Positions 21,030 through 30,369 of a stretch of DNA of 64,000 nt are shown here, piece after piece. The first letter of the stretch is position 1. Each line of letters opens with the position of its first letter. The stretch covers positions 92,395 to 156,394 of the forward strand of contig MNYS01000002.1 of the NCBI GenBank assembly GCA_001873215.1, written 5' to 3'. This DNA comes from Candidatus Levybacteria bacterium CG2_30_37_29. GTDB lineage: Bacteria > Patescibacteriota > Microgenomatia > Levybacterales > GWA1-39-11. The notes under the pieces are model-generated. The model was not told the origin of the DNA and ran no database searches. It saw only the letters and a program-made list of their open reading frames with translations. Both the position numbers and the translations under genes were made by a program.

Positions 21030-21547
21030 GGCGTTATTTTTTCGTCTTTTTTGTTATTTTCTTTTTAACATCAACAAAAATTACATTTGCACAGTCTTCT
21101 TATGTTTTGCCATATCCAAGTGCTATGCCAGGTAGTATTTCTTATAAATCTCATATTTTATCTGAAGAATTGCAAAAATACTGGTATTTCGGGAATTTTG
21201 GACAGTTTTATTACAACTTAAAACAGTCAGACAAATATTTAGTTGAGGCAAAAACACTTTTTGAATATAAGCAGTATCTTCTTGGCTACAATGCGCTATT
21301 AAAATCAAACGAGTATTTTATAAAAATTAACCCGTTTTTGATAAAGGCAAAGATTGAGGGAAAAGATATTTCGGAAAAAAGTAAAATTCTTGATATGGCG
21401 TCACAAAAACATGTAGAAATTTTAGTTCAGATAGAAAAAAATACACCAATCGAATTTGTCTGGACACCTGAAAAAAGTAGTGCAACAAAACTGTTGCTTC
21501 GCAAGTCCATCGATGACTCAATTAGTGTCCGGCAGAAAAATATATGA
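21026..21547 (+). CDS. Secreted hypothetical protein, DUF5667-like helical domain
   Basis: Signal-peptide-like N-terminus (MRRYFFVFFVIFF..TFA), then YVLPYPSAMPGSISY. ATG 21026 overlaps the galE stop. Confidence 0.55.
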   Translation: MRRYFFVFFVIFFLTSTKITFAQSSYVLPYPSAMPGSISYKSHILSEELQKYWYFGNFGQFYYNLKQSDKYLVEAKTLFEYKQYLLGYNALLKSNEYFIKINPFLIKAKIEGKDISEKSKILDMASQKHVEILVQIEKNTPIEFVWTPEKSSATKLLLRKSIDDSISVRQKNI

Positions 21548-22671
21548 AGAAATTATTGATTTATGGTTATTGTTGTTTATTATTTTTCTTTTCATTTTTT
21601 TCTTACTTATTTATTGACCCGGGACTTTTGTATTTAAGAAATTTTTACACTGGATTTTTTTCCGAGAACAGATTAGTGGTAATAATTTTATACACTTTAT
21701 TTATTTGTTTATTTTTTTTAACGTACTATTTATTTATTAAATTAGTTCGTAGTGAAAAGCTACCCTTAAAGCAAATATTTTTGTTAATCGTAGCAAACGT
21801 TTCAATTTTACTTTTTTCCTATCCAGCAATACTTTCATTTGATATTTTCAATTATATTGCAACCGCAAAGGTTGCCTTTTTTTATCACGAAAATCCGTAT
21901 ATTGTTATGCCGTATGAATTTATAGGTGATCCTTTACTTCTTTTTATGCATGCAGCCAATAAAGTGGCTCTTTATGCTCCATTCTGGACGCTTTTAAGTG
22001 CGATTCCGCACTTGTTAGGTTTTAATAATTTTTTAATAACTCTATTTAATTTAAAGTTTTTTATAAGCCTATTTTATGTTGCAGGCGCATTTCTTGTTTG
22101 GAAAATTTCAAAAAATATATATTCAGTTGTTCTATTTGCTTTAAATCCACTGATTGTAATAGAGACATTAGTAAGTTCTCACAACGACATTGTTATGATG
22201 TTTTTTGCTCTTTGTGCATTTTTCTTTGCTTTCAAAAAAAAATTTATACTTGCGTTATTGTTTCTTTTCTTTTCGATATTTATCAAATACGCAACAATTG
22301 TTTTACTGCCCATTTTTATATACATGTTAATAAAATATAAAAGTGGTGAAAAAATAGATCAGCAAAATATTTTTTTAATTGCGGCTTTTTTAATGTTTAT
22401 TGTTTTCCTTTTTTCTTTTTTGCGTGAAGAAATTTATCCGTGGTATGCAATTTGGTTTTTAACTTTTATAAGTTTTTTGCCAAAGAAAAAAAATCTTGTT
22501 GTTTTATCAACCGCTCTTTCTTTTGGGCTGTTGCTTCGGTATGTTCCTTTTATGTTTTTGGGTACTTACTTTGGTTTGACACCACTAATTAAAGTTTGTG
22601 TAACAGTTATTCCTGTTTTTATTGTTTTGGCTTGGAGTTTAATTTCAAAATATGCAAAAAAATATAATTAG
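21544..22671 (+). CDS. GT-C membrane glycosyltransferase (GT87/MptB-like)
   Basis: SFDIFNY, ENPY, ALYAPFW, LNPL..E...SHND, IKY, YPWY motifs. Confidence 0.75.
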   Translation: MKKLLIYGYCCLLFFFSFFSYLFIDPGLLYLRNFYTGFFSENRLVVIILYTLFICLFFLTYYLFIKLVRSEKLPLKQIFLLIVANVSILLFSYPAILSFDIFNYIATAKVAFFYHENPYIVMPYEFIGDPLLLFMHAANKVALYAPFWTLLSAIPHLLGFNNFLITLFNLKFFISLFYVAGAFLVWKISKNIYSVVLFALNPLIVIETLVSSHNDIVMMFFALCAFFFAFKKKFILALLFLFFSIFIKYATIVLLPIFIYMLIKYKSGEKIDQQNIFLIAAFLMFIVFLFSFLREEIYPWYAIWFLTFISFLPKKKNLVVLSTALSFGLLLRYVPFMFLGTYFGLTPLIKVCVTVIPVFIVLAWSLISKYAKKYN

Positions 22672-24304
22672 TATTTGTTCTGTTTTAATTATTGCATTAA
22701 TTGCAGGTTTTGCTCTGTTGCATCCCGGCCTTCCTCCAACACACGACGGTGAGTATCACGTAATCCGCTTTTATGAGTTTGATAAAGTGCTTAGAGATGG
22801 AAATTTGTATCCTCGGTGGGCGCCCGATCTGAATAATGGGTTCGGAATTCCTCTTTTTAATTATGTTTATCCACTTCCAAACTACTTTGCCTCTTTTTTA
22901 CATGCTTTTGGCGTTAGTTTTATAGACGCATTTAAATTAAATATGTTTTTTGCAACTCTTTTTGGAGCTTTCTTTTTTTACCTTTGGGCAAAAGAGTATT
23001 GGGGGAATGCCGGAGGAGTTATTTCTTCAGCTTTCTATTCATTTTCTCCGTATCGGTTTGTTGATACTTATATTAGGGGCTCTGTTGGAGAAGTATGGGC
23101 TCTGGCTTTTTTTCCTGCTTTATTATGGTCTTACTTTTGCTTCCAAAAAACAAGAAAAAAAAAGTTTTTTATTTTAACTTCTGTTTTCTTGGCTTTTCTT
23201 GTTTACTCACATAATATTCTTGCTTTAATTTTTTTTGTATTCTTTATTTTTTATGCCCTTGTAATGTTAATTGGAAAAGAACAACGTATTTTCAGGATTA
23301 AAGATTTCGTTCTGCAAGTAGTGATAGGTTTGGGTTTGTCATCGCCTTTTTGGATTCCTGCTTTGTTTGAAACAAAATATGTAGTAGGCCTTCAAATTTT
23401 TGATGTTACAGCGCATTTTCCCGAATTATACGAGCTTATTATTCCTTCCTGGGGATCAGGATTTTCAGGAAGTCAAAGCTTTGATAAGATGTCATTTCAA
23501 ATTGGTGTTGCAAACATTATTGCAATTATTTTTGTAGTGCTAAAACTTTTTAAAAATAGTAAAAAAAATAATCCGGAAAAAAATATAATTATTTTTTTTG
23601 TTGTATCTTTTTTTCTTCTCATTTTTTTAATGCTTTCCTATTCTTCATGGATATGGACTCATTTTCCTCTTCTTCCTTATCTACAATTTCCATGGCGGCT
23701 TTTGTCTCTGGAGATTGTTATAGCGTCTTTTTTAGCAGGAGGTCTATTTCAGAATATAGATATTCGTGTAAGCGTTAGAAAAAAAATCATTTTTATTTTT
23801 GCACTTGTTGGAGTAATTTTTTTAGGAATAAATTATGCAAAACCGGCATTTTATCACATGAGGTCTGACAATTATTACACGACTCGTTCAAATTTTATTG
23901 ATAGTACCAATAGTATTGGAAATGTTTTTAATACTAAATGGTTGGTCTCTATTCCTCTCAAAGAAAAAAATAAAATGCTTTTTAATTCCGGATCAGGAAA
24001 AGTTGAATTTGTTAGGAAAAAAAGTACCGAGGTTACTTTTAAAGTCGACGCATTTACAGATTCTAATTTAATTTTTAATAATGCTTATTTTCCGGGGTGG
24101 ACTGGAACTATGGATAGTCACGAGATTAAGATTGATAATTTCAGCGGCAGGGATTCTTTTGCTATACCAAAAGGTTCGCATATAGTTGAGATTAAGCTTA
24201 AAAGTACACCTATACAAAACTTTTCATACCTTTGTTTTGTTATAGCCTCTACAGTTTTGTTTTTTTCCTCAATAAAAACTTTCTCTGGTATAATTAAAAA
24301 ATGA
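22652..24304 (+). CDS. GT-C membrane protein ('6-pyruvoyl-tetrahydropterin synthase-related'/YfhO-like)
   Basis: THDGEYH, YPRWAPDLNNGFG.PLFNY.YPL, YIRG..GE, LQFPWR, YFPGW. Confidence 0.8.
   Translation: MQKNIISICSVLIIALIAGFALLHPGLPPTHDGEYHVIRFYEFDKVLRDGNLYPRWAPDLNNGFGIPLFNYVYPLPNYFASFLHAFGVSFIDAFKLNMFFATLFGAFFFYLWAKEYWGNAGGVISSAFYSFSPYRFVDTYIRGSVGEVWALAFFPALLWSYFCFQKTRKKKFFILTSVFLAFLVYSHNILALIFFVFFIFYALVMLIGKEQRIFRIKDFVLQVVIGLGLSSPFWIPALFETKYVVGLQIFDVTAHFPELYELIIPSWGSGFSGSQSFDKMSFQIGVANIIAIIFVVLKLFKNSKKNNPEKNIIIFFVVSFFLLIFLMLSYSSWIWTHFPLLPYLQFPWRLLSLEIVIASFLAGGLFQNIDIRVSVRKKIIFIFALVGVIFLGINYAKPAFYHMRSDNYYTTRSNFIDSTNSIGNVFNTKWLVSIPLKEKNKMLFNSGSGKVEFVRKKSTEVTFKVDAFTDSNLIFNNAYFPGWTGTMDSHEIKIDNFSGRDSFAIPKGSHIVEIKLKSTPIQNFSYLCFVIASTVLFFSSIKTFSGIIKK
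24289..24294 (+). promoter_or_regulatory. Putative -10 box (TATAAT) inside the 3' end of the upstream CDS
   Basis: TGG-TATAAT (extended -10-like), 6 nt before ATG 24301. Confidence 0.4.
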
Positions 24305-25353
24305 ATATTGCAGTAGATATAACGCCTATAAGTGGAAAGGAAATTTCAGGACATAAGGTGCGTGGGGTGGGAATGTACATTGCAAATCTTACGCAAAATT
24401 TGCAAAGATTTGACCACAAAAACAAATACACTTTTTTTGTTAAAGGTGACAAGCTTCCAACGGGTATTGATATTGTCCACTATCCTTATTTTGACCCGTT
24501 TTTTAAAACGTTGCCGGTTATAAAAAAATATAAAACTGTTGTAACTGTTCACGACCTGACTCCTATTGTTTTTAAAGATCATTTTCCCGCCGGTATAAGG
24601 GGAGCGGTGCATTGGAGTATTCAAAAAATTCTATTAAAGCGCGTGAATCATATTATTACCGACTCGGAGAATTCTAAAAAAGATATATTAAAAATCTTAG
24701 GTATACCGGAAGAAAAAGTGTCCGTTGTGTATCTGGCAGCAGACGAATCTTTTAAGGTAATTGATGATAAAAAAATACTTAATGACGTTAGGGAAAAATA
24801 TAATCTTCCTGAAAACTTTTTGCTTTATGTTGGGGATGTAACTTGGAATAAAAATCTTCCAAGACTTGTGTCTGTTGTAAAAAGGTTGAATGTTCCAATG
24901 GTGATGGTGGGAAAAGCGCTTGTGTCAATTGATTTCGACAAGACAAACGAGTGGAATAAGGATTTGGTTTTGGTAAGAAAAGAAATTGAAGGAGACAAAA
25001 TGTTTTATCCGCTTGGATTTTTGCCAACAGAAGAACTTGTTGCCTTGTACAATAGCGCACAAGCTCTAGTTATGCCTTCTTTATATGAGGGATTTGGTTT
25101 TCCTGTTCTTGAGGCAATGCAGTCCGGTTGTCCGGTAGTTGCATCAAGAGGCGGAAGTCTTCCCGAGGTTGGAGGGGATGCAGTGCTTTATGTAGATTGT
25201 TTTGACGAAAAAAACATGGCAGATGTGTTAAGAAAAATATTCAATGATAAAAAGCTGCAGGATGAATTGAAGAAAAAAGGAGCTTTGCGGGCAAAAAAAT
25301 TTTTATGGGAGAAAACGATTCATCAGACAATCGATGCATACGGTAAGGCATAG
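24301..25353 (+). CDS. GT4 glycosyltransferase (GT-B, mannosyltransferase-like)
   Basis: RGVG.Y, VTVHDL, NKNL, PSLYEGFGFPVLEAM, SLPEVGGDA. Confidence 0.92.
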   Translation: MNIAVDITPISGKEISGHKVRGVGMYIANLTQNLQRFDHKNKYTFFVKGDKLPTGIDIVHYPYFDPFFKTLPVIKKYKTVVTVHDLTPIVFKDHFPAGIRGAVHWSIQKILLKRVNHIITDSENSKKDILKILGIPEEKVSVVYLAADESFKVIDDKKILNDVREKYNLPENFLLYVGDVTWNKNLPRLVSVVKRLNVPMVMVGKALVSIDFDKTNEWNKDLVLVRKEIEGDKMFYPLGFLPTEELVALYNSAQALVMPSLYEGFGFPVLEAMQSGCPVVASRGGSLPEVGGDAVLYVDCFDEKNMADVLRKIFNDKKLQDELKKKGALRAKKFLWEKTIHQTIDAYGKA

Positions 25354-25359
25354 GCAGTA

Positions 25360-26619
25360 ATGAGACATAAAATAACACAACTAGTTAAACATCCGCTTAT
25401 TTCGGGAAGTACAGTTGTTTTGGCAGGATCTTTTGTAGCAAATCTTTGTCACTACTTTTTTAATCTTTCTATGGGTCGACTACTAACTGTTGCGGATTAC
25501 GGATTATTAACTACATTAATTTCAGTTGTTGCGCTTTTTGGGATAATCCCCGGCTCGTTTACAGGTATTTTTGCAAGATTTACCGCTAAGTATAAAGTAA
25601 ATAAAGACGAAGAGGGTTATCTTTCACTGCTTTTTAATGGAGGAAAATTCATTTTTATTTTATCGGGAATTGTGTTTTTTATTTTAATACTCACGCTCCC
25701 TTTTATAGTGTCTTTTCTCCATATCAATAACGTGTTGCTTCTTGTTTTAATATTTATTTTAATTGTTTTGTCTATTCTTTTTTCTTTGACAGGGGGCGTT
25801 TTGCAAGGAGAAATGAGATTTTTTTCTTTATCCATTCTTAATATGATGGGCCCTTTTCTTAAAATAGTCCTTGGAGTTGGTTTTTTGCTTTTGGGTCTTC
25901 AAATATTTGGCGTAGTGTTGGGGATTCTTTTGTCGTCCAGTATTGCGGTTTTGATTTCTTTCTATCTTGTTTTTAAAAACCACTATAAAAAAACATACAA
26001 AAAACAAAAAGATTTTTTTAAAGAATTCAGAAAATATGGTACTGGATTTTTTCTTTCATCTTTAGGCATTACAATATTGAGCAGCATGGATATTATCCTT
26101 GTCCGGCATTTTTTTGGTGCAATTCCCTCCGGACAATATGCAGCCCTTTCTCTTATGGGAAAGGCAATTTTTTACTTAAGTGCTCCGATATATTTTGTTT
26201 TTTTCCCTCTAATAGCCCAAAAAAGAGAAAAAAAGGAAAAACTTTTTGAAACAGTTGTTTTAGCGGGTGTGGTTATTGTGCTTTTTTCATCAGCACTTTC
26301 CTTTGTGTATTTTTTATTTCCGGACTTAATATTAAGCATTTTCTTTCCTGCAAAAGAATATAAGATGCTTGCTCCATATCTTGGGATTTACTCACTTTAT
26401 ATACTTATTTTTTCGCTTGCTATGTTACTGAATAATTATTTTTTATCAATTGGTAAAACTGAAATCTACAAAATAAATCTTGGATGCGGGGTATTATTTA
26501 TAATCTTACTTAGTATTTTCCATGCATCACTCTTTCAGGTAATTGCTGTTTTATTTTCTGTTTCTTTTTTACTTTTGTTATTTTTGTCCGGTGTTATGTA
26601 CAAAGAGTTAAAAAATTAA
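25360..26619 (+). CDS. wzx: Oligosaccharide flippase (Wzx/MOP family)
   Basis: About 12 TMs; GRLL..DYG, GVLQG, MDIILVRHFF, GQYAA, FFP. Confidence 0.82.
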   Translation: MRHKITQLVKHPLISGSTVVLAGSFVANLCHYFFNLSMGRLLTVADYGLLTTLISVVALFGIIPGSFTGIFARFTAKYKVNKDEEGYLSLLFNGGKFIFILSGIVFFILILTLPFIVSFLHINNVLLLVLIFILIVLSILFSLTGGVLQGEMRFFSLSILNMMGPFLKIVLGVGFLLLGLQIFGVVLGILLSSSIAVLISFYLVFKNHYKKTYKKQKDFFKEFRKYGTGFFLSSLGITILSSMDIILVRHFFGAIPSGQYAALSLMGKAIFYLSAPIYFVFFPLIAQKREKKEKLFETVVLAGVVIVLFSSALSFVYFLFPDLILSIFFPAKEYKMLAPYLGIYSLYILIFSLAMLLNNYFLSIGKTEIYKINLGCGVLFIILLSIFHASLFQVIAVLFSVSFLLLLFLSGVMYKELKN

Positions 26620-26697
26620 TAGTAAATTAAGCTCTTATAGTATGTTTGTGTAGAAATGGCTATTGTGAATATAAGTAAGTTATAATATATTTGTATT

Positions 26698-27243
26698 ATG
26701 GAATTTATAAGCTTGAAAAATAAAGACACTCAAAAAATAATTAAGGACGTTGTTATTCATCCTTATAAGGTAAACCAAGATGAGTCAGGAGTTTTAGTGG
26801 AGACTTTAAGAATTGACTGGGAGGATATTTATAACCCCGGAAGAGAATTCTTTATGCAATATTATTCGGAAACTCCAAGCGGGCTTGCAAGAGATGAAAA
26901 AGTTTGGCATTATCATCCGACGGTCCAAGATGATAGATTCGCTGTTGTAAAAGGGGAGATAGTTGTTGCGGTTGCCGACAATAGAGTAGATTCTCCGACA
27001 AATGGTCTCTTAAATCTTTTTTATATTAATGCAAGAAAAGATCCTTACATGTTTTTGATTCCAAGAAAAACGTTGCATGGATTTTTAGTAGTTTCCCCAG
27101 AACCCGCAATTTTAATTAATTTTCCTACAGGACTATATAATCCCCAAGAGGATAAAAGAGTTCCTTTTGAAGAGGCACAAGCCAAATTGCCCGACGGAAC
27201 CTTATTTTCCTGGGATATTGTACGAAAGGAGTTTGTAAAGTAA
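26698..27243 (+). CDS. RmlC-like cupin (NDP-keto-sugar epimerase/isomerase), divergent
   Basis: DESG.LVE, WHYH..QDD, LIP..LHGF, NFPT.LYNP..DKR. Confidence 0.72.
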   Translation: MEFISLKNKDTQKIIKDVVIHPYKVNQDESGVLVETLRIDWEDIYNPGREFFMQYYSETPSGLARDEKVWHYHPTVQDDRFAVVKGEIVVAVADNRVDSPTNGLLNLFYINARKDPYMFLIPRKTLHGFLVVSPEPAILINFPTGLYNPQEDKRVPFEEAQAKLPDGTLFSWDIVRKEFVK

Positions 27244-27275
27244 AAAGTTTTTAAAGTTCTTAAAGTCCATAAAGT
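27231..27275 (+). repeat. Tandem ~9-bp repeat array (consensus GTTCATAAA) upstream of the four-helix-bundle gene
   Basis: GTTTGTAAA GTAAAAA GTTTTTAAA GTTCTTAAA GTCCATAAA GT. Overlaps the upstream stop codon and ends 1 nt before ATG 27277. Confidence 0.8.
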
Positions 27276-27276
27276 A

Positions 27277-27621
27277 ATGAAGATAAATTCATTTGAAGAA
27301 ATTATTAGTTGGCAAAAAGCTAGAGAATTAAACTTAATCATTTATAGCCATTTTAAAAATTCTAAAGACTTCAGTTTTAGAGACCAAATACAACGAGCCT
27401 CAGTTTCTATAATGAATAATATAGCTGAGGGATTTGAAAGACACGGCAATAAAGAATTTAAAAACTTTTTATATATTTCAAAAGGTTCATGTGCGGAAGT
27501 AAGATCGATGCTTTATCTTTCTTTGGATTTGGAATATATGACAAAGGAAAAGTTTTCAAAGACATACGAATTAACGTTAAATATTTCAAAACTTCTGTCC
27601 GGTCTCATAAAGACTTTATGA
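27277..27621 (+). CDS. Four-helix-bundle protein (23S rRNA IVP / Avd-like family)
   Basis: SFEE...WQKA, FRDQIQRASVSIMNNIAEGFER, EF..FL.ISKGSCAEVRSML: the signature of this family. Confidence 0.92.
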   Translation: MKINSFEEIISWQKARELNLIIYSHFKNSKDFSFRDQIQRASVSIMNNIAEGFERHGNKEFKNFLYISKGSCAEVRSMLYLSLDLEYMTKEKFSKTYELTLNISKLLSGLIKTL

Positions 27622-27683
27622 ACATTATAACTTTATGAACTTTATAACTTTACGAACATTATGAACTCTATAGCCTTATGAAC
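27613..27683 (+). repeat. Tandem 8/9-bp repeat array (consensus TTTATGAAC), the reverse complement of the upstream array
   Basis: AC TTTATGAAC ATTATAAC TTTATGAAC TTTATAAC TTTACGAAC ATTATGAAC TCTATAGC CTTATGAAC. The first unit contains the TGA of the four-helix gene; the last contains the ATG of the next gene. Confidence 0.88.
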
Positions 27684-28445
27684 ATAAAACTATTATCCCT
27701 TGTTGTTCCAGCTTATAAACAAGAGAAAACAATTATTAAAGATATAAAAATTCTTGAGAAAAGTCTTTCTTCTCTTCCCTATAACTATGAAATTATAGTG
27801 GTTGTTGATGGATTTGTAGATAGAACATTTCAGAATGCAAAAAAAATAAAAAGTAAAAACGTAACGGTTCTCGGGTATAAAAAAAACAATGGGAAAGGTT
27901 ATGCTGTTAAGCATGGAATGTTACATGCAAAAGGAGACGTAATTGGTTTTATTGATGGAGGAATGGATATTAATCCAACCGGAATTTCAATACTTCTTGA
28001 TTATATGAATTTTATGAATGCAGATATTATTGTCGGCAGCAAGCTTCATCCGGAGTCAAAAGTAAATTATCCTTATATTAGAAGAATATTGTCTTGGGGA
28101 TATAGAACCTTGACACAAATACTCTTTGGATTCAAGGTGTTGGATACGCAAGTGGGCTTGAAAATTTTTACAAGAAAAACAGCAATGGATGTTTTTCCAA
28201 GAATTTTAGTAAAACGGTTTGCTTTTGATGTTGAAATATTAGCTGTTGCCTATGCTCTTGGATATAAAAAAATTTACGAGGCTCCAATAAAACTTTATTT
28301 CAAAGGGGGAAGTAGTATTACTTCAAAGAACTTTTGGATAGTTATTTTTTATATGCTTTGGGATACTGCTGCTGTTTTTTACCGTTTAAGAATTATTAAA
28401 TATTACCGAAAAAGTAATAGGAAAAATTGGCTTCAAGAACAATGA
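27678..28445 (+). CDS. GT2 polyprenol-phosphate glycosyltransferase (DPM/DPG synthase-like)
   Basis: VPAYKQE, VVVDG..D, N.GKGYAV..G, FIDGG.D, IVGSK, DTQVGLK, FAFDVE. Confidence 0.82.
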   Translation: MNIKLLSLVVPAYKQEKTIIKDIKILEKSLSSLPYNYEIIVVVDGFVDRTFQNAKKIKSKNVTVLGYKKNNGKGYAVKHGMLHAKGDVIGFIDGGMDINPTGISILLDYMNFMNADIIVGSKLHPESKVNYPYIRRILSWGYRTLTQILFGFKVLDTQVGLKIFTRKTAMDVFPRILVKRFAFDVEILAVAYALGYKKIYEAPIKLYFKGGSSITSKNFWIVIFYMLWDTAAVFYRLRIIKYYRKSNRKNWLQEQ

Positions 28446-29536
28446 ATATATTAATTCTGAATTGGAGAGATACAAAAAATCCAAAAAGTGGCGGAGCGGA
28501 AATTGTTACATTGGAGCATGCGAAAGCTTGGATTAAAGCAGGACATAAAGTTACTTGGTTTACTTCAAAATTCAAGAATTCAAAAACAGAAGAGTTGTTA
28601 GATGGGATAAGAATTGTAAGAGGCGGAAATTTTATTTCAGTTTACTTATTGGCTCCAATATTTTACCTATTCACTAAGAATAAATTCGATTTGGTAATTG
28701 ATGAAATACATGGTTTGCCATTTTTTACTCCGTTATATGTTAGAAAACCCAAAATAGCTTTTATCCATGAAGTTGCGGGAGAAATTTGGGATTACATGTA
28801 TCCTTTCCCTGTTAATGTAGTTGGAAAATTTATTGATCCATTGTATTTTAAGTTTTATAAAAATATTAAATTTTGGACAGATGCCGATTCAACCGTTGAT
28901 GATCTGGTAAAGCATGGAGTATCTAAAAGTAACTGTACGGTCATTAATTGTCCAATTGATAGAAAACCTCTAGAAAGTATTCCCAATAAGGAAAATGTAC
29001 CTACATTTGTCTTTGTTTCCAGAGTTGTGAAGATGAAAGGCGTAGAAGACGTAATAAAAGCCTTTTTTAATATTCAAAAAGAGCTAAAGAATGCACAATT
29101 TTGGATAGTAGGAGATGGTGATAAGAAATATATTTCAAAATTAAATGCAATAATAAAATCTTATTCAATTGGTTCGAGAGTTAAATTTTGGGGAAGAGTA
29201 GATGAAAATAAAAAATATGAACTGCTAAGAAGAGCACATATTTTACTACACGCATCAGTAAAAGAAGGATGGGGGTTAGTAGTAATAGAAGCGGCCAGTC
29301 AAGCGACACCGTCCGTAGTCTATGATGTTGCCGGATTAAAAGATTCTGTAAAGAATGGTAAAACCGGAGTAATTTTATCTCATAATTCTCCTTTGGAAAT
29401 GGCAAAACAGACTATAAATTTGCTTAGAGATGAAGTAGAATATGAAAAGTTACAAAAAAATGCTTTAGCTTGGGCGAAAAGCCTAACTTGGGAGAATGCA
29501 ACCAAGGAAAGTCTTAAGTTGATAAATAGTTTATGA
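28442..29536 (+). CDS. GT4 glycosyltransferase
   Basis: LNWRD..NP..GGAE, SRVVKMKG, KEGWGLVVIEA, GLKDSV. Confidence 0.9.
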   Translation: MNILILNWRDTKNPKSGGAEIVTLEHAKAWIKAGHKVTWFTSKFKNSKTEELLDGIRIVRGGNFISVYLLAPIFYLFTKNKFDLVIDEIHGLPFFTPLYVRKPKIAFIHEVAGEIWDYMYPFPVNVVGKFIDPLYFKFYKNIKFWTDADSTVDDLVKHGVSKSNCTVINCPIDRKPLESIPNKENVPTFVFVSRVVKMKGVEDVIKAFFNIQKELKNAQFWIVGDGDKKYISKLNAIIKSYSIGSRVKFWGRVDENKKYELLRRAHILLHASVKEGWGLVVIEAASQATPSVVYDVAGLKDSVKNGKTGVILSHNSPLEMAKQTINLLRDEVEYEKLQKNALAWAKSLTWENATKESLKLINSL

Positions 29537-30369
29537 AAAAACCGTTAGTTTCAATAATTATCCCAACACGCAACTCATCCATATTTCTTGAAAACTCTTT
29601 AAAAAGCATTAGGGAACAGTCATATAAAAATATTGAGGTATTAGTTGTTGACGGAGGATCAGTTGACAAAACCTTATTTTTGGCAAAAAAATACAAAGCA
29701 AAGATTCATATTTTTGATCCGCACCTGCCGTCAGGTGTTTTTGATGCTCCACATAAAAGAAATTTTGGAGTGAAAAAAGCAAAGGGAAATTTTGTATATT
29801 ATGTAGATGCAGATATGGAATTAACAAAAAATGTTATCGAGGAAGCCATTAAATTATGCCTACTTAAATATGATGCTGTAATTATACCTGAAGATTCATT
29901 TGGTGTTGGTATTTGGGCAAAGGCAAAAAATCTGGAAAGACGCTGTTATTGGGGAGACAACACTATAGAAGCGCCTAGATTTTTTAAAAAAAATGTTTTG
30001 GAGAAATTAGGAGGTTTAGATGAAAATCTTGGAGGAGGTGGAGATGATTGGGATTTGTATCAGAAGCTTTTAGAAAATGGATATAAGGTGTCAAGAACAA
30101 AATCATTGGTAAAACATAACGAGGGGAATCTTAAATTAACAAGGTTAATAAAGAAAAGATTTATGTATGGAAAAGATTCATTTAAATATATTGTTAAGCG
30201 CCCAAAAGCAGGCACGAGAAGTTATTTTCCGTTAAGAAAAGCATATTTTAAAAATTGGAGACTTTTTATTCGGAGACCAATCGATACTGGTGCGTTTATA
30301 ACCATGCGAACTGCTGAATACTCAGCAGGGCTTAGTGGAGCAATGTATTCATTACTAAGAAACAAATGA
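29533..30369 (+). CDS. GT2 glycosyltransferase
   Basis: VSIIIPTRN, VVDGGSVD, YVDAD, GGLDE..DDWD. Confidence 0.9.
   Translation: MKKPLVSIIIPTRNSSIFLENSLKSIREQSYKNIEVLVVDGGSVDKTLFLAKKYKAKIHIFDPHLPSGVFDAPHKRNFGVKKAKGNFVYYVDADMELTKNVIEEAIKLCLLKYDAVIIPEDSFGVGIWAKAKNLERRCYWGDNTIEAPRFFKKNVLEKLGGLDENLGGGGDDWDLYQKLLENGYKVSRTKSLVKHNEGNLKLTRLIKKRFMYGKDSFKYIVKRPKAGTRSYFPLRKAYFKNWRLFIRRPIDTGAFITMRTAEYSAGLSGAMYSLLRNK

Noticed and set aside
27277-27621. 23S rRNA gene implied by the 'intervening sequence protein' family name
   Set aside because: Both flanks are protein-coding genes and no rRNA-like sequence is present.
27231-27683. Repeat arrays as a CRISPR array, or the Avd-like gene as part of a DGR
   Set aside because: Units are 8-9 bp with no spacers and no cas genes. 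I saw no reverse transcriptase or TR/VR pair in the window.
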